From NCBI GenBank assembly GCA_963717505.1, contig OY970342.1:640001-704000 (forward strand): DNA of 64,000 bases. Reading direction: 5' to 3'. Numbering within the stretch: position 1 is the first letter of the stretch; each line of letters opens with the position of its first letter. Under the pieces are notes generated by a model. That model did not search any database. It saw only the letters and a list, made by a program, of their open reading frames with translations, and was not told where the DNA came from. The translations under genes were made by a program, and so were the position numbers. Positions 59,055 to 64,000 of this stretch are shown here, piece by piece. Origin of the DNA: Candidatus Eiseniibacteriota bacterium (GTDB lineage Bacteria > Eisenbacteria > RBG-16-71-46).

Positions 59055-59866
59055 GGGTTCTGGGGTCGGTCGTAGAGGTATCGAGCCCGCATCAGATGCT
59101 TGAGCGCCCCGCCCTTCCGGCCCAGGGCCTCGAGCAGCAGCGCCAGGTTGTAATGGGCGTCGGCGTACTCGGCATCGAGACTCACCGCCTTTTCGTACGC
59201 GGAAACCGCTTCTGGAACACGTTTCAGGTCCTCGAGCAGGACCGCGAGATTGAACCAAGGCAACGCATCGGACGGCGTGGCGAGGATCGCGGCGCGGTAG
59301 TGGGCTTCGGCGCGGGCCGGGTCGCGCGACTCGCCGTACAGCCGACCCAGGTTCACGTGCGCGTCGGTCATCGCCGGATCGATCTCGAGTGCCCGGTGGT
59401 AGGCCTGAATGGCCTCGGCTCGCGATTCGGACTCCAACTCGCACGCGTGCTCGAACCACTGGAGCGCAGTCAGGTCGGACTCCGCGGCTGATCCCGGGCC
59501 GCGAGCACGTCGGCGCGACGCCGCCTCAGCACGCTGGCGTCGGCTGTTCTCAGCCGCACGTGCGGCAAGTGCGGTGACGTCGAGGACCGGCGCGAAGACC
59601 ACCGTATCGGGCGCATCTCCCCCCGACGCGGCCCCCTCCTGCTCACAGCCGAGGTCCATTAACACCTGTCCCGAGTCGGGCTCCCATCGCGACGCGCCGT
59701 CGCTGGCCACGATGCGTTTGCCGTCGGCGTAGACACTGACGCCGTCGACTTCCGCTTCGGGCAGTTGCGCCTGGAGCGACTTGAGCGCGCGCGCGACGCG
59801 GCGCGCCGGCACGCCGGCCTCGGCCAGATCCTGCGTCGCCTGTTGAACGAGATCCTGAAGCTTCAT
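59051..59866 (-). CDS. TPR-repeat protein
   Basis: RBS GGAGG; DAHVNLGRL, WFNLAVLL, ADAHYNLALL. Confidence 0.8.
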   Translation of the reverse strand: MKLQDLVQQATQDLAEAGVPARRVARALKSLQAQLPEAEVDGVSVYADGKRIVASDGASRWEPDSGQVLMDLGCEQEGAASGGDAPDTVVFAPVLDVTALAARAAENSRRQRAEAASRRRARGPGSAAESDLTALQWFEHACELESESRAEAIQAYHRALEIDPAMTDAHVNLGRLYGESRDPARAEAHYRAAILATPSDALPWFNLAVLLEDLKRVPEAVSAYEKAVSLDAEYADAHYNLALLLEALGRKGGALKHLMRARYLYDRPQNP

Positions 59867-59914
59867 GCCTCCGCCCTTCCTTGGCGGTGGTGGCTCACGT
59901 TGTGAATCCGGCGA

Positions 59915-60778
59915 TCAGCGCCGTGACGCCACCTTCTTCTTGGGCGCCGGCTCGGCGCTGCGCGCCGCCTTGGCCGCCGGCTTCCGGGCCGCCTTGGCGC
60001 CGGAGCCCTTGTGCTCGAGGCTCTGCTTGAGCGCGTCCATGAGATCGATCACCTGAGCCCGTTCGGCGGCCGGCGCCAGGGTGGTGATCTGCTTTCCGGC
60101 GACCTTCTGCTCGACGATCTTCATGACTTCTTCGCGGTGCTCGTCGTGGTACTTGCCGGCGTCGAACTTGTCGTTCGACAGGTCGTTGATCAGGCGCTCG
60201 GCCAGATCCAGCTCGCCGGACTTGATCTTGGCGCCCTCGCCCTTGTCGATCTCGCCGAAGTTGCGCACCTCGTCGGCGTAGTACATGCCGTGCAGCATCA
60301 GACCGTCCTGAGACGGGCGGATCAGCACCAGGTTTTCCTTGCCGCGCATGACGTACTGGGCGACCGCGACCCGCTTCGACTTCTTCATCGCTTCGAACAG
60401 CAGGCGGTAGGCCTTCTCGCCGCCCTCGTCGGGGCCGAGGTAGTAGGTCTTCTCGAAGAAGATCGGGTCTACCTTGTCGAGGGGAACGAACTCCTGAATG
60501 TCGATCATCCGGTTGTTTTCGTGATCGAGCGCTTTGAGTTCCTCTTCGGTGAATCGGACGTACTGCTCCTTCGAGAACTCGAAGCCGCGCACCAGCTGCG
60601 ATCGCTCGAGCACCTCGTTGCACACCGGGCACATCTGCTGCTGCTTGATCCGGTTACCGCATTTCTCGTGCAGCAGGTTGAACGAGACGCTGCCCGAACT
60701 GGCAGCGGAGAACATCTTCACCGGAATGGAGACCAGACCAAACGAAATGGTCCCTGAGCCGATGGAATGGGGCGGCAT
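59915..60778 (-). CDS. ku: Non-homologous end-joining protein Ku
   Basis: GTISFGLVSIPVK, FNLLH, YYLGP, VIDLMDALKQSL, basic tail. RBS AGGAGG. Confidence 0.95.
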   Translation of the reverse strand: MPPHSIGSGTISFGLVSIPVKMFSAASSGSVSFNLLHEKCGNRIKQQQMCPVCNEVLERSQLVRGFEFSKEQYVRFTEEELKALDHENNRMIDIQEFVPLDKVDPIFFEKTYYLGPDEGGEKAYRLLFEAMKKSKRVAVAQYVMRGKENLVLIRPSQDGLMLHGMYYADEVRNFGEIDKGEGAKIKSGELDLAERLINDLSNDKFDAGKYHDEHREEVMKIVEQKVAGKQITTLAPAAERAQVIDLMDALKQSLEHKGSGAKAARKPAAKAARSAEPAPKKKVASRR

Positions 60779-61009
60779 GGCGGTTTCCTCCTGCCCGATC
60801 GGGGCGTGCGGACCCAAGAATACACCACGCCCAGGAGTTGCTCACCCCACGCCCGCCCCCGCGGCGATCGGGGCTCGGCCCGCTTCAGCAGCGCCGAAGC
60901 GCCGCCAGACACACTTCGACCGGGGCCTTACCGGGGCGGCAAGGGTTGGGATATCCTTCTTGCCTTCCTTTCCGATCGGATTCTCGGGATCGACACTTTG
61001 GGAGAGTTC

Positions 61010-63040
61010 ATGCAGCGCAAGACTGCATTTTCGCGACTGATCGTGGTGCTCGGAGCGTTCCTGGTGACCGGGGCATCGGCCCAGACCCCTTCGCAGACCG
61101 ATACCTCGATGGTCCAGGTTCCCGAAGTGTTGGTGCGAGGAACGCGGCCGGTCGCCACCACCGGCGGTGCGGGTGCGATCCAGGCCAAACTCGACACGCT
61201 GGCGATCCCATCCGACCCGACCATGGAGCGGGTTCTGCGGGCACTGCCTGCGGTCTACGTGCGCACCAATTCGCGCGGTGAGGCCGAAGTCACGGTGCGT
61301 GGCTCCGAGTCACGGCAGGTCGCCATTTTGCTCGACGGAGTGCCGCTGACCTACGCGTGGGACGGCCGAGCCGATGTTTCGGTGATCCCGGCACTCGCGC
61401 CGCAGGAAGTGGTGCTGGTCCGCGGCCTCTCGTCGCTGATGCATGGCACGAATTCGGTCGGCGGCGTCGTCGAATTCAACACCCGGCCCGCCAACCCTGC
61501 CACCACACGGCGCAGCATCCAGTTGCGCGGCGATGTCGACCAGGTCGGCAGCTTCGGCGTTGCCGGCGCGGTGACCGCCCCCCGCGACCTCGGCTGGGGT
61601 GTGCTCACCGCGCGTGCCGGCGCCGGCTTCCGGGACACTCCCGGGCAACCGCTGGCCCGCGGCATCACCGAGCCGGTCCCGACCGACGACGACTTGCGTC
61701 TCAACACCGACGTCAACGAAACCAACGGTTTTGCAGCACTGCGCGTCGACGGCGACAACGGCTCGTTTCTGTCGCTGGCGGGCGGCGGTTACGAAGCCGA
61801 ACGCGGAATCGCCGCCCAGCTCGGCGTCACTGCCGCGCGTTTCTGGCGCTACCCGTTCATGGCCCGAGGGATCGGCGTCCTGTCCGGTGGCACCGGTCGC
61901 CACTCGATGCCTTGGGGCGGCAGGGCCGATCTTCAAGTGAGCGGCGGCTACGACAAGGGCCGGACCGAGATCGATGCCTACGATTCGCGCGATTACACGA
62001 CGATCGCGGCGGAGGAAGACGGCAACGACGAAGTCACGACCTTGCGCACGGTCGCCACCCAGACGTTGGGAGAAAACGCGGACTTCCGTCTGGGGGCGAC
62101 CTACGGAGACATCCGGCACGACGAGATCCTGAGCGGCGTGCAGAACGACTACCGCCAGCGACTGTGGAGCGTCTCGGGCCAGACCGTGATCGCGATTCCG
62201 ACGAACGGAGCGATTCGGCAATACGACGTGAGCGCGGGTGCCACCTACGATGGCGCCGACACGCCGGAGACCGGCAACAAACCCTCGTTCGGCGACCTGG
62301 ATCGCTGGGGCGGGCGCCTCGGACTCGCGGGGCACTTGGGCAACGGCGCGACGACCGTGCACGCCAGCGTCAGCCAGCGGGCGCGCTTCCCATCGTTGCG
62401 CGAGCTCTATTCGGGCTCCCTAGGAACCTTCGAGATCAACCCCAATCTGAAACCCGAGGAGTTGTTGGCGACCGAAGCCGGCGTCACCACGCGCTCGGGC
62501 TGGGGCGACGTTCAGGTGGTCGGCTTCTACCACATGCTCTCCGACGCGGTGGTCCGGATTCGCCCGCCGGGCCAGAATTTTCAGCGCGTCAACCAGGAGG
62601 GCATCCGCAGCGTCGGCGGCGAGCTGCTCGCGTCACGTGCGTTCGGCCGCTTCCAACTGAGTGGCGACCTCATCGTTCAGGACGTCGAAGTGCTCGATCC
62701 CTCGGCCGGGCTCACGCGCCCGGAGAACATGCCCGAAGTCATGGGCGCCGTGCGGGCCCAGGTGCTGGTCGGCGCCGGACTGGTGATGGCCGCGGAGGCG
62801 GAATACACCGGCGAGCAATTCGTGATCGACCCGGAAACCGACCTCGAAACCGAGTTGCCGGCGGCAGGGCGGCTGAACGTCGAATTCCGTCGGGCGTGGG
62901 CCATGGGCGGCGGCAGCGGCTGGTTCGGCGCGTTCGAGGCTCGAGCCATGTTCGAGAACCTGACCGACACTCCCCAGTACGATGCCTTCGGGCTGCCGTT
63001 GCCGGGACGGAGCATGCGGTTGGAGTTCCGCGTGCACTGA
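61010..63040 (+). CDS. TonB-dependent receptor
   Basis: Signal peptide; EVLVRG TonB-box-like; plug VTVRG...ILLDGVP, GGVVEF; NPNLKPE; FENLTD...PGRS. Confidence 0.9.
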   Translation: MQRKTAFSRLIVVLGAFLVTGASAQTPSQTDTSMVQVPEVLVRGTRPVATTGGAGAIQAKLDTLAIPSDPTMERVLRALPAVYVRTNSRGEAEVTVRGSESRQVAILLDGVPLTYAWDGRADVSVIPALAPQEVVLVRGLSSLMHGTNSVGGVVEFNTRPANPATTRRSIQLRGDVDQVGSFGVAGAVTAPRDLGWGVLTARAGAGFRDTPGQPLARGITEPVPTDDDLRLNTDVNETNGFAALRVDGDNGSFLSLAGGGYEAERGIAAQLGVTAARFWRYPFMARGIGVLSGGTGRHSMPWGGRADLQVSGGYDKGRTEIDAYDSRDYTTIAAEEDGNDEVTTLRTVATQTLGENADFRLGATYGDIRHDEILSGVQNDYRQRLWSVSGQTVIAIPTNGAIRQYDVSAGATYDGADTPETGNKPSFGDLDRWGGRLGLAGHLGNGATTVHASVSQRARFPSLRELYSGSLGTFEINPNLKPEELLATEAGVTTRSGWGDVQVVGFYHMLSDAVVRIRPPGQNFQRVNQEGIRSVGGELLASRAFGRFQLSGDLIVQDVEVLDPSAGLTRPENMPEVMGAVRAQVLVGAGLVMAAEAEYTGEQFVIDPETDLETELPAAGRLNVEFRRAWAMGGGSGWFGAFEARAMFENLTDTPQYDAFGLPLPGRSMRLEFRVH

Positions 63041-63044
63041 CCTG

Positions 63045-63494
63045 CTATCGGCCCACGCCTCGCGCCATGGCGGTGGCCAGCAGCACCATCACGATCACCA
63101 GCCATGCCTGGACGAAGCTGACCGTGGCGAAGCGTCCCGCAGCACTCGTGTCGGGCTGTGTGCCACGCTTGAGCGCGATGCGCCAGCGGATCAACGCCAC
63201 CATGGGCGCGAACTCGAGCACCAGGATCACTGCCAGCAGGATCATCTTGGTCCAGAAGTTATGGTTCTGCAGGTAGTACGGCGCGCCCTTCTCCAGATTG
63301 GAGAACGCGCGCACGAGCCCCGTGCCGATCCATAGCACCGCCGCCAAGCCCCAAAGCGCGTCCGCGTAGAACACACGCTTGAGCCCGGTCGCGTCGAGTT
63401 CGCCGTTGAGCGCTCGACCACGAGCCCAGACCGACCCGAGGCCGATCCCCAGCGCCAAAAGATGCGCGGCAGCAAACAGCCAGCGCACGATCAT
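63045..63494 (-). CDS. DUF2214 family membrane protein
   Basis: ADALWG, EKGAPYY, FWTKM, MARGVG. Confidence 0.85.
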   Translation of the reverse strand: MIVRWLFAAAHLLALGIGLGSVWARGRALNGELDATGLKRVFYADALWGLAAVLWIGTGLVRAFSNLEKGAPYYLQNHNFWTKMILLAVILVLEFAPMVALIRWRIALKRGTQPDTSAAGRFATVSFVQAWLVIVMVLLATAMARGVGR

Positions 63495-64000
63495 GACTGC
63501 CTCCGTGATTCCGGTGATTGCGCGGCGGCCGACGTCATGCGCGACGCCTGCCACTCCTCGAGCAACGCGCGCTCGCGGTCGCGCGTGAGGCCGGCGCGCC
63601 ACGCGTGCACGCCGCGCGCACGCTCCCAGGCCAGCGTGTCGCGCGCGGTTTCGATCAGGGGCCGGAACGTAAGGCCACTCGACACCGCTCGACTCACGTC
63701 GGTCTGCAGAACCCCGACGGAATCGGGCGACGTCGTCTCGGGAATCCAGATCGGCATCTCCTCCCACGCCCCGACCTTGCGCTCTACGAGGAACTCCTCG
63801 TCCACCCAGACGAAGCGAGCGTCACTCGCGGCCGCGTCGCGACAGGTCTCGAGCATCGCGGACATGGTCAACGGACGTTCGGGGCCGGTCGCGTTGAAAA
63901 CACCGGTTCGCGCATTCTCCGCGAGACGCACCATCCACTCGGCCAGGTCGCGAGCGTCGATCACCTGCACCGGGCGCTCGGGTCGACCCGGGGCCAACAC
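63491..64000 (-). CDS. NAD-dependent epimerase/dehydratase (isoflavone-reductase-like), 5' end outside window
   Basis: VQVIDARDLA, GVFNATGP, MPIW, GLTFRPL. Confidence 0.85.
   Translation of the reverse strand: MLAPGRPERPVQVIDARDLAEWMVRLAENARTGVFNATGPERPLTMSAMLETCRDAAASDARFVWVDEEFLVERKVGAWEEMPIWIPETTSPDSVGVLQTDVSRAVSSGLTFRPLIETARDTLAWERARGVHAWRAGLTRDRERALLEEWQASRMTSAAAQSPESRRQS

Noticed and set aside
60780-61009. Cobalamin riboswitch or Fur box before the TonB receptor
   Set aside because: No B12-box core or Fur-like AT-rich palindrome recognised.

Overview
High-GC (roughly 65-70% by eye), gene-dense bacterial chromosomal segment with about 48 CDS. I saw no rRNA, tRNA, CRISPR array or mobile element. 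Five secreted proteins end in a FlgD-Ig/T9SS-type C-terminal sorting domain, consistent with an FCB-related lineage such as Ca. Eisenbacteria (inference only). Contents in order: LmbE/PIG-L deacetylase (cut by the left edge), oppABC without ATPases, a phytase-TIG-CBM96 giant with near-identical internal DNA repeats and a 1-bp frameshift, a cytochrome c lipoprotein plus a Cyc2-like diheme cytochrome-barrel fusion, a frameshifted BNR/VPS10 protein, a PAS sigma-54 activator facing a sigma-54 promoter, an ECF sigma/FecR/YtkA unit with a duplicated promoter motif, an ANKH-like transporter, and a Ser/Thr kinase-TPR. Next is a divergent locus with two NTT (ATP/ADP translocase family) transporters, a cNMP-binding protein, a POTRA-less Omp85, a secreted atypical kinase-fold protein and a metallophosphoesterase lipoprotein; this is the best candidate for an undescribed system. 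The right part holds solA, arsC, an M4/M36 peptidase, an Ehr (hydrogenase-4-like, Ni-less) operon with a degenerate ferredoxin, a Ku-TPR-Tag repair unit and a TonB-dependent receptor. All calls rest on manual motif recognition; no searches were run.
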